Sequence record: SRR31156797_4116
Strand: one strand, 5' to 3'
Length of the DNA stretch: 41,455 nt
Part shown: positions 18,937 through 26,726 of the stretch, piece after piece
Numbering within the stretch: position 1 is the first letter of the stretch
Layout: every line of letters begins with the position of its first letter
Translations under genes and position numbers: made by a program
Notes under the pieces: generated by a model
What the model saw: the letters and a program-made list of their open reading frames with translations, nothing else
The model's database searches: none
Told to the model about the DNA's origin: nothing

Positions 18937-19581
18937 ATGAAAAATATGAAAATCAAGCTGAAGGTAATTCATTTCATTTCAGGCAGAGCAAGAATAAAAG
19001 TTGATTCAGGATTTGATCCCAAAGTTTTCTTCTATGTGCTTGAAGCCGGATTACGGGAAATCCGTGAAATTAAAAAGGCCGACCTGAATCCTTATTCTCA
19101 ATCGATCACCGTTTTTTTCAGAAATGACGTTGATATAGAGACAATTTTGAAGGAACTGAGGCGTGTCCTCACGGACATCGCCAATGATCCTGAGTTTCCG
19201 AATCGAATGGAAGATATCAAAGACGCTTTGACCTATGGTGACAAGGCCGGAATGAATGTGGTTGTGCGTGATAAGATCCTCAATGTTTCACATAACCTGG
19301 ACCAGGCCGTCAGGCACATGTCAGGAAACACCGTGGACATGCGGACCGCCGTGCCGGTGTCTTCCGTGGCCACAGGCATTGCCGCTCTTGTTCTGGCACC
19401 CGGTTGGGCAACACCCGCCTGGCTTGTTCTGCTGACCTTCGGCATTACCTCATTTCATCTGCTGAAACATGATCACCGGGAAACGGACGCTCCGGTTAAC
19501 CCGTTACTTTCAAAAACAGTCCGGCCCGAACCCATGAAGCTTATTGAAAAAGCGCCGTCAAGTTCACCTGAAACGCTTTAG
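18937..19581 (+). CDS. FezC-like protein: HMA-like N-terminal domain + two C-terminal TM segments
   Basis: HFISGRARI...NPYSQSITVFF; C-terminal DMRTAVP...TPAWLVLLTFG; start moved to ATG 18937. Confidence 0.7.
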   Translation: MKNMKIKLKVIHFISGRARIKVDSGFDPKVFFYVLEAGLREIREIKKADLNPYSQSITVFFRNDVDIETILKELRRVLTDIANDPEFPNRMEDIKDALTYGDKAGMNVVVRDKILNVSHNLDQAVRHMSGNTVDMRTAVPVSSVATGIAALVLAPGWATPAWLVLLTFGITSFHLLKHDHRETDAPVNPLLSKTVRPEPMKLIEKAPSSSPETL

Positions 19582-19657
19582 GCCCATTTTTAACCACTCA
19601 TTTTCCCCCGGCCGAACAAACGGCCAAAAGATCCGGTTGCCCATAGAAAGCCTGACG

Positions 19658-20740
19658 ATGGTTATGGCCACGATAAAGGAATACTTCCAGGCTGCTCAGC
19701 GGGAAAAAGCCACCGATATCTATTTCAGCGTCGGCTCTCCCCCATTGTTAAAGATAAACGGTGGATTGCATCCCCTTAAGCCCCATCCGGATTTAAGTAA
19801 AGCGAAAATAGAGATGCTTGCCCGTGAAGTACTTTCACCGGAGAATCTGTCTGAGTTTGAATCCCGCCGGGAGGTGATCTGCGCCCGTACAATCGATGGT
19901 CTGGGGCGCCTGCGGATTGTTCTTTCAGATGCACGCAAGGGGCCCTGCATGGTCTGTCGTTTAATCCCCTTGAACATCCCCGAATTTGACAGCCTCGGTT
20001 TGCCATCCCTCCTGAAGCACGTGATTTCAGCCGGCACGGGCCTCATGCTGGTCATGGGCAATGCAGGGTCGGGGAAAACCGCGACGCTGGCATCACTCAT
20101 ACAGCATATCAATAACACCAGGGAAAAATCGATTTTAACCATCGAATCACCCGTGGAATATGTGCAACCCCATAACCGATCCCTTATGGAACCGATCCGA
20201 CCCCGGAAAAACGGCATGTTGTTGGACAAGAGTGCTTACAGCAGTCTTTTTGGAACAGCGGATGTGATGGTTATCGATGGTCTTCCGTTTGAAGAAACCA
20301 TTTCTCCGGCCCTTACCGCCGCCGCCGAAGGGCTTCTGGTTCTTGCGGCCCTGGAGACAAACGGCGGGGTGGCGGAAGTCCTGGCCCGTATTATCAATGG
20401 CGTTTCCGCCGCAAAACAAGGATACAGAAGAAGCCTGCTTGCACGCACATTGCGCGGTGCCATATGGCAACACCTTTTACCCCTGAAAGACGGTTCGGGC
20501 TTCACTCCGGCAGTTGAGGTTCTTATAAATGACCCTGTCATCTCACGCCTTATGGGCCAAAAAGGAAATCTCCATCTGCTCCGACCGGCCATGGCCGCAG
20601 GGCGATACAAAGGGATGCAGACCATGCACCAGGCACTGGAAGCCCTGAAACGACAGTCAATTGTGCAGGAGGACATCATGGCCGCTTTTGAAAATGAGAT
20701 CCTGAAATATTATGTGTCTCCCATCAAAGGCAGTTTCTGA
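19658..20740 (+). CDS. Divergent PilT/PilU-like ATPase 1
   Basis: ATDIYFSVGSPP, RLIP, Walker A GNAGSGKT, TIESPVEY, GMQTM; Walker B Glu and His box absent. Confidence 0.8.
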   Translation: MVMATIKEYFQAAQREKATDIYFSVGSPPLLKINGGLHPLKPHPDLSKAKIEMLAREVLSPENLSEFESRREVICARTIDGLGRLRIVLSDARKGPCMVCRLIPLNIPEFDSLGLPSLLKHVISAGTGLMLVMGNAGSGKTATLASLIQHINNTREKSILTIESPVEYVQPHNRSLMEPIRPRKNGMLLDKSAYSSLFGTADVMVIDGLPFEETISPALTAAAEGLLVLAALETNGGVAEVLARIINGVSAAKQGYRRSLLARTLRGAIWQHLLPLKDGSGFTPAVEVLINDPVISRLMGQKGNLHLLRPAMAAGRYKGMQTMHQALEALKRQSIVQEDIMAAFENEILKYYVSPIKGSF

Positions 20741-20768
20741 TCCGCCGTTATGGGGTAAAGGAGGATTC

Positions 20769-21851
20769 ATGGGGAAATCAAAGCAATCGCCACACGGCAA
20801 ATCCGGATCAATAATTGAGGCCCTGTTTATCCTGGCCAGGAAAAAAGAGGCCTCGGATCTCTACCTGACCACCGGGGATCATCCGGTTTTGAAAATCCAC
20901 GGCAAACTGGAAAGGCTTAAGGAATATCCGGTCCTTGCGGAGAGCAGAATCGAGGAACTCTTTTACGCGGCACTCTCCCCCGCTCAAAAGCAGGATTTTG
21001 AAAATCGGATGGAACTTGAATTGACCTATGCAACCGAATCGGCAGGAACCATCCAGATCATTTTATATGCCGCCGAAGACGGGATCGGCGCAGCATGCCG
21101 ATTGATTCCTTTTGAGATTCCATCCCTTGGGGATATGGGGCCCATTGAATCCCTTGAGAAAATACCTTCTTTCGACCGGGGATTGATTCTCATTACCGGT
21201 AAGGCCAATTGTGCCAAAGCCATCACCATCGCATCGATCATCGACCACATTAATACCCATTCAAATAAGAGCATTGTTACCATGGAGGATCCGATCCGAT
21301 TTGCCCATAAATCCAAATCCTCCCTCATCTTTCAGCGTGAAATGGGTCTTCACGTGAATAGCTATACGGACGGTCTAAAAACGGCCATGCGAAGCGACAT
21401 GGACGTCATTTACTTCACTGAAATTGACGGTCCGGAAACCCTCATCATGGCCATGACCGCAGCTGAAAGTCACCTGGTGCTCACCACCAGTATCAGTTTT
21501 GGAAGCGTGGCCTGGGCCATTCGCAAGCTTTTCGACTTCTTCCCAAACGATCGGCAGGAATATGTCCGCACGCATCTATCACGGGTTTTGCGGGCGCTGA
21601 TCTGGCAACACGTCATTCCCGTGGAGGGGCACACCGACACGAAGATCGCCATGGAAATCATGTTTAATAACGAAAAAATTGCCGCCTTGATTCAGAATGG
21701 TAAATTACACAAGGTCCACGGTGAAATCCAGAAAGGCTCCGAGGGGATGCAGACCATGCACAGCAGTTTATCCAGAATGGGAGAAATCGCCATAGACATC
21801 TGGAAATTGATGGCAGCCGATGTGGGAACGACACTCCTTTTCGCCATTTAG
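20769..21851 (+). CDS. Divergent PilT/PilU-like ATPase 2 with degenerate Walker A
   Basis: ASDLYLTTG, GLILITGKANCAKA, TMEDPI, QREMG, MRSDMDVIYFTEID, GMQTM; SD AAGGAGG before ATG 20769. Confidence 0.8.
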   Translation: MGKSKQSPHGKSGSIIEALFILARKKEASDLYLTTGDHPVLKIHGKLERLKEYPVLAESRIEELFYAALSPAQKQDFENRMELELTYATESAGTIQIILYAAEDGIGAACRLIPFEIPSLGDMGPIESLEKIPSFDRGLILITGKANCAKAITIASIIDHINTHSNKSIVTMEDPIRFAHKSKSSLIFQREMGLHVNSYTDGLKTAMRSDMDVIYFTEIDGPETLIMAMTAAESHLVLTTSISFGSVAWAIRKLFDFFPNDRQEYVRTHLSRVLRALIWQHVIPVEGHTDTKIAMEIMFNNEKIAALIQNGKLHKVHGEIQKGSEGMQTMHSSLSRMGEIAIDIWKLMAADVGTTLLFAI

Positions 21852-21885
21852 CGCCATGCCTATGCCAGCTCCGAGGAAAAGACAA

Positions 21886-22641
21886 ATGTTGACAACAACC
21901 GATTTCAGCATAAAACATTCCATTTCCGGCCGTCTCCGCATCACATTTCCCGCCCTGGTATCGAAGAAAAATCCGACCCGGCGCTTAACAACCCATTTAT
22001 CCAAGCAAAAAGGGATAGACCATGTGCGGTCCAACCATTTCTGCGGCAGTATAACCATCCACTACAATCCTGAAATCTCTGAGAAACAGCATATCCTGGA
22101 CATGATAAGGGATGTCCGGTGGAATGATCTGGTCCCGCCGGATGTTCCCATTGCCGGGGTTATAAAGCAGAAAGCCGTCAAGCATCCTCCCCTCCGAAAC
22201 CACAGGAAAAAGAAAGGTATCCGCAGGCTCTGGAATGTGGCGGGCAGCATATCCATGGGCGTCGGCATCGTGGGCGTCTTTCTTCCATTGCTCCCCACCG
22301 TTCCCTTATTCTTGCTGGCCGGTTTCTGCTACTGGAGAGGCTCGCCCGGATTTTACAACCGCCTCATCAATTTTGGGTCAATGGGTCGATTGATCGATAA
22401 TTTTCGAAAGGGGAAGGGCCTTCCGGCCAAAATGAAATCCCGCGCCATTGTATTCATGTGGATTTCCATGGCAACCTCAATGATTTTCTTTGTGAACAGC
22501 AGCACCCTCAGAACGGTCATGGTGCTGCTCGGCATCGGTGTAACCCTCTATATTCTGAAGATCAAAACAGCTGATCCGGATATTTATCCCCTTGAACATG
22601 GACAGATTTCCGCAAAGATCGATCCGGTCAAAGGTGAATGA
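21886..22641 (+). CDS. HMA-like domain fused to a YbaN/DUF454 membrane domain
   Basis: HSISGRLRI...SNHFCGSITIHY; then GIVGVFLPLLPTVPLFLLAGFCYWRGS, typical of DUF454; start ATG 21886 with GAGG SD. Confidence 0.8.
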   Translation: MLTTTDFSIKHSISGRLRITFPALVSKKNPTRRLTTHLSKQKGIDHVRSNHFCGSITIHYNPEISEKQHILDMIRDVRWNDLVPPDVPIAGVIKQKAVKHPPLRNHRKKKGIRRLWNVAGSISMGVGIVGVFLPLLPTVPLFLLAGFCYWRGSPGFYNRLINFGSMGRLIDNFRKGKGLPAKMKSRAIVFMWISMATSMIFFVNSSTLRTVMVLLGIGVTLYILKIKTADPDIYPLEHGQISAKIDPVKGE

Positions 22642-23318
22642 CCTCAATGGTTTCAAAGACCTATGCCACCTTAATCAATCCGAGAATCAGGCTCGTTCTT
22701 GCCGTGGCAATCGGTTTGGGTGCCTATCTGGTTCTCCCGCAAGGCACAAAATTTGAAATCCGATTACTTCTGGCCTGGGACCTTGGGGTACTTTTTCTGC
22801 TTGGCGTTATCCTCATGATGATGAAAAAAGCCGATGCGGAATACACCATGCACCGTGCTCAGATTCAAGAGCCGAGCAATATGGGAACCCTGACATTGAC
22901 GGTACTCATTTCCGGCGCATCCATGGTGGCCATTGCTTTCATGCTGAACGACGGCAGGCATTGGAAGGAGAACCCGGCCAATTTACATCTGGGGCTTTGT
23001 ACCGTTGCCATCTTCTCCGCCTGGTTTCTGCTACATACGTTTTTTGCACTGCATTACGCCCGCCTCTATTATGATGAGACGGGTAAAAGGTCATCAGGAA
23101 ATTATAAGGGAGGGTTGGAATTTCCAGGCGGTAAGCTCGTGGACTACTGGGACTTCATGTATTATTCCTTTACCATTGCAATGTGTTACCAGACTTCCGA
23201 TGTATCCATATCAAACGCTCCCATGCGGAGACTAACACTGATTCATTCAATTCTTTCCTTCATCTTCGTAGCCTTGATTATCGGTCTGGTGGTCAATGTG
23301 GTTTCCAATCTTGCCTGA
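22638..23318 (+). CDS. DUF1345 family membrane protein
   Basis: LHTFFALHYARLYY, GLEFPG, DYWDFMYYSFTIAMCYQTSDV; ATGA overlap with the upstream gene. Confidence 0.88.
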   Translation: MTSMVSKTYATLINPRIRLVLAVAIGLGAYLVLPQGTKFEIRLLLAWDLGVLFLLGVILMMMKKADAEYTMHRAQIQEPSNMGTLTLTVLISGASMVAIAFMLNDGRHWKENPANLHLGLCTVAIFSAWFLLHTFFALHYARLYYDETGKRSSGNYKGGLEFPGGKLVDYWDFMYYSFTIAMCYQTSDVSISNAPMRRLTLIHSILSFIFVALIIGLVVNVVSNLA

Positions 23319-23326
23319 CGGTCTTC

Positions 23327-24634
23327 ATGGGAATCCAGTGTAGAAATGATAAAATACCTTCCCCGAACCGCATCGGTTTAAAGCCCTGGATCATCTGGGG
23401 GTCTGCCGCCCTCTTCTTTTTCTATGAATATCTACAGCGGGTAGCCCCCAGCGTCATGGTGCCGGATCTCATGGGCGCATTTCACATTGAGGGCACCGCC
23501 ATGGGGGAGTTGGGAGCATTTTATTACTACGCCTACGCCGTTCTGCAAATTCCCGTGGGCGTCCTGGCAGACCGATACGGCCCCCGACGGCCGCTTGTGA
23601 TGGCGGCGATGTTGTGTGCGGGGGGGAGCTTTCTCTTTGCCGCAGCCCAGGGACTGGGGGCGGCCGAACTGGGTCGCCTCCTCATCGGTGCGGGATCGGG
23701 TTTCGCCTTTGTGTGCTGCCTGAGACTTGCGGCAAACTGGTTTCCCGAAAACCATTTCGGATTGCTTGTGGGTCTCACCAACATGCTGGGCATGGTAGGG
23801 GCCATCAGCGGAGAAGCGCCCCTGGCAGCCATGGTCCATCATCTTCAATGGCGGGGAACGTTCTATTTTCTGGGGGCCCTTGGCATTACCCTGGCCGTAC
23901 TCATTCTTGTGGTTGTCCGAGACCGCCCAGAACCGAGAACCGGAATCCGGGGGTTCCAGGAAGGGGGCTGGAGCAGTCTGTTCAATGATCTGAAGGTGGT
24001 CATGGGAAACCCGCAAAGCTGGTTCAACGGTATTTATGCGGGATGTATCAACGCCCCCCTGGCGGCCTTCGGAGCACTCTGGGGAGTCTCCTTCATGACC
24101 GGGGTTTACGGACTTGATACCGAGGCAGCCGCCGCATCCATTTCCATCCTTTTTGTGGGCTGTATGCTGGGCAGCGCATTTCATGGGTGGATTTCGGATT
24201 TTCTGGGGAAAAGAAAACCACCCATGATCATGAGCGGGATCTTTTCTCTCGCTATTATGCTGGCGATTCTTTACATTAAAGGCATGTCCCTTTTTGCGGC
24301 AAATGCGCTTCTGTTCACTTTGGGTTTCATGGGGCAAGGTCCGGTCATCGCCTACGCCGCCGGCCGCGAGGTCAATCCGTCAGCGGCCGCCGGAATTTCC
24401 TCCGGCCTGATCAATACCCTGCTCATCGGTATGGGAGCTGTTTCCCAGGCTATGGTGGGTTGGCTCCTGGACCGTCACTGGACCGGAACCACACATAATA
24501 GTGAGCTGCTCTATACGGCTGCGGATTTCCGGTTTGCCATGAACATACTGATTGTCCTGTTGGTAATCGGCAACCTTTCCAGTTTCATGATCCGGGAAAC
24601 CCATTGCCGGCAGATAGGGGACCCCGGCAATTAA
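23327..24634 (+). CDS. Major facilitator superfamily transporter
   Basis: FFFYEYLQRVAPS, GVLADRYGPRR, GRLLIGAG, GWISDFLGKRKP; about 12 TM helices; start approximate. Confidence 0.9.
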   Translation: MGIQCRNDKIPSPNRIGLKPWIIWGSAALFFFYEYLQRVAPSVMVPDLMGAFHIEGTAMGELGAFYYYAYAVLQIPVGVLADRYGPRRPLVMAAMLCAGGSFLFAAAQGLGAAELGRLLIGAGSGFAFVCCLRLAANWFPENHFGLLVGLTNMLGMVGAISGEAPLAAMVHHLQWRGTFYFLGALGITLAVLILVVVRDRPEPRTGIRGFQEGGWSSLFNDLKVVMGNPQSWFNGIYAGCINAPLAAFGALWGVSFMTGVYGLDTEAAAASISILFVGCMLGSAFHGWISDFLGKRKPPMIMSGIFSLAIMLAILYIKGMSLFAANALLFTLGFMGQGPVIAYAAGREVNPSAAAGISSGLINTLLIGMGAVSQAMVGWLLDRHWTGTTHNSELLYTAADFRFAMNILIVLLVIGNLSSFMIRETHCRQIGDPGN

Positions 24635-24664
24635 TTTTAATAAACCATTGGGAAAGGACGTCTC

Positions 24665-26098
24665 ATGCTGACGAATTCAAGCAAAAACCTCTGCCTCTTC
24701 CACATCCTCGACGGATTGCGTCAAGGGCTCAGTAGCTTCTCCGGTCCCAGCCGGGCCGCCGTCATCTTTGCGGAAAAACCCCATGATCCCATTTCCGTCT
24801 ACGACCCACAGGATCTTCTCCGGGGGCATGAACCCATGCTCAAGGAAATCTATCTGGATACGGGCAAATGGCATGAAAATTCAGAAATAACTGAAGGGAT
24901 AAAGCATTTGGGCCAGATTTTTCCGGAAAAAAATCTTGAACTCTCGGGCCTCATTTCCAGAGGGGCCAGAACGCGATCCGTATTTTACCAGATGTGGTTC
25001 ACGGAACATCACCCGGACGTCTGCTCCATCGGCCCCACCGAAAGGTGGCTTGAGCATGCGGCATTCCTTCTTTCCCTTGATTTTACCATTGAAGGACCCT
25101 ACTACTCAGCCACATCGGGATACCTTTTACGGGAGTACGCCACCCACGCCGTGCGCGATTACATTCTGGATGAACTCTGCATCATGTTTGGGTGGGATAT
25201 CAAAATTTTTGTGCTGCCCATCCTGGATGCCATCCTGGGCATCTCAAAAACCCGGGAAGAAGGCGCCTGGCCCAGGGGCAAACTGGTTTTTATTTCGCCG
25301 GAAAATTTTTCCGAGGTTGATTTTCTGGTGCGCTTTCCGCCCAATGAACGACCCAGCCTCAAAAAACATAAACATGTACGAAAACTACTTCAGGCCGTGG
25401 AACATTCCGATCGCAAACTCATTTCCTTCGGGAATCATGTGGTGGGCATCGCGGCAGGCGAGATGCCGAAACGGAGATCCACGGCATATTTTCAAGGGGA
25501 TTTCGGTTTTCTGAGGCTTTCGGGGGAACCCATTTGCAGCTTTTCAGACGGCAAGGTCTATTCTTCCACCCAGAGGCCTAACCTGGTGAACCTGGAAGAG
25601 GCCCTTCTGGAATTTCCCATGGATACTTCCATCAGACACTCCCTTTTCAGAATCGTCACCACCATCGTTTACGGCGCGAGCAAGGAGAAGCATGGCTGCA
25701 CCCTGGTCATCGATCTCACCCCCGTTGCGGTAACCCTTTCGGGACAGCAGCTGGAAAACCCCGTGGATCTTCAAAAAAGGCCGCTGCTGAGCCTGGCCAG
25801 ATCCCTGGCAAAGCTGGATGGGGCCCTTCACCTGAGAGAAGACCTTCACCTCCACGGTTTTGCCTGTCTGCTGCACGGAGGCGCCGTTCCCGGGGAAGAT
25901 CGCGCACGAGGCGCCCGTTTCAACTCAGCCCTACGTTTCAGTGCCGAACACCCCAAGGTCATTGTGGTGGTGGTTTCCTCGGACAGGCCGGTTTCAGTGA
26001 TTCAAGAGGGCGTAGAACTCTCAGCCCAGTGCGAATGGGAGCCCTTTTCCAAATTACTCCAGCCACCCCCCTCCCTTGCAAAATGGATCGCATCGTAA
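24665..26098 (+). CDS. DisA_N/diadenylate-cyclase-like domain protein with long N-terminal (putative sensor) region
   Basis: HGCTLVID, LAKLDGAL, RGARFNSALRF, VVVVSSDRPVSV. Confidence 0.75.
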   Translation: MLTNSSKNLCLFHILDGLRQGLSSFSGPSRAAVIFAEKPHDPISVYDPQDLLRGHEPMLKEIYLDTGKWHENSEITEGIKHLGQIFPEKNLELSGLISRGARTRSVFYQMWFTEHHPDVCSIGPTERWLEHAAFLLSLDFTIEGPYYSATSGYLLREYATHAVRDYILDELCIMFGWDIKIFVLPILDAILGISKTREEGAWPRGKLVFISPENFSEVDFLVRFPPNERPSLKKHKHVRKLLQAVEHSDRKLISFGNHVVGIAAGEMPKRRSTAYFQGDFGFLRLSGEPICSFSDGKVYSSTQRPNLVNLEEALLEFPMDTSIRHSLFRIVTTIVYGASKEKHGCTLVIDLTPVAVTLSGQQLENPVDLQKRPLLSLARSLAKLDGALHLREDLHLHGFACLLHGGAVPGEDRARGARFNSALRFSAEHPKVIVVVVSSDRPVSVIQEGVELSAQCEWEPFSKLLQPPPSLAKWIAS

Positions 26099-26134
26099 AA
26101 GTAAACAGCAATGGGCATTTTGGAACGATAAACC

Positions 26135-26187
26135 TGTGGAAGCGGCTTTCCAGCCGCGAACAGTCGCGGCGAGACGCCGCTCTCACA
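26135..26187. repeat. REP doublet (REPIN-like): two inverted palindromic units
   Basis: TGTGGAAGCGGCTTTCCAGCCGCGA (26135-26159) and an inverted unit whose reverse complement is TGTGAGAGCGGCGTCTCGCCGCGA (26164-26187); 4-nt spacer. Confidence 0.7.
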
Positions 26188-26244
26188 TGTTCCATGCCAA
26201 ATCAGCGTCCAGAATGAGAATTGCCGAGGTTGGAAGAAACTTCC

Positions 26245-26289
26245 TTGACATCCCGATCGGACAACTATATATTGCCATAATTGCATATA
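26245..26289 (+). promoter_or_regulatory. Sigma-70 promoter of arsR with overlapping candidate ArsR operator
   Basis: TTGACA 26245-26250, 17-nt spacer, TATATT 26268-26273; imperfect inverted repeat TATATTGC...GCATATA. Confidence 0.7.
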
Positions 26290-26298
26290 GGGGTTCAA

Positions 26299-26643
26299 AT
26301 GAAAAAGTTCACGGAGGTTATGAAAGCCCTTTCCGACCCCAACCGGGTCAGAATCATAAAGATGCTACAGCACCGCTCCATGTGTGTGTGTGAGCTTCAG
26401 GCTGGATTGGGTATTTCTCAGCCCACCGTATCCAAGCATCTGAAAATACTCGAAGGGGCAGGCTTGGTTGATTTCAAAAAAGATGGGCTGTGGGTAGACT
26501 ATTTTCTCTCTGATGGAAGTGGCAGTCCATACGCCGGAGTCCTTCTCGGTAACCTGAGGCACTGGCTTGAAGACGATGAGGCGGTTTCCCGGCTTATCAA
26601 CAAACTTCCCTCCATTAGAAGAGAAGACATCTGCAAAAAGTAA
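26299..26643 (+). CDS. arsR: ArsR/SmtB family transcriptional repressor
   Basis: KALSDPNRVRI, MCVCEL, SQPTVSKHLKIL, GLWVDY; ATG 26299. Confidence 0.92.
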   Translation: MKKFTEVMKALSDPNRVRIIKMLQHRSMCVCELQAGLGISQPTVSKHLKILEGAGLVDFKKDGLWVDYFLSDGSGSPYAGVLLGNLRHWLEDDEAVSRLINKLPSIRREDICKK

Positions 26644-26658
26644 TTTTTTTTACGCTTA

Positions 26659-26671
26659 ATATATTTCCATA
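26659..26671 (+). promoter_or_regulatory. Second copy of the candidate ArsR operator
   Basis: ATATATTTCCATA vs ATATATTGCCATA at 26267-26279 (12/13). Confidence 0.5.
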
Positions 26672-26726
26672 TGGCGATTCATAAATACATAATACGGTCA
26701 TCGGCCGTTGGAAGGAAGTTCGAATC

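Noticed and set aside
19658-21851. Type IV pilus or type II secretion locus
   Set aside because: No pilins, PilC/GspF, secretin or prepilin peptidase in the window, and the ATPase motifs are degenerate.
14919-22641. Magnetosome island or calcyanin locus
   Set aside because: No recognisable mam/mad genes (no MamK actin, CDF transporter, TPR or HtrA) and no long triple glycine-zipper protein.
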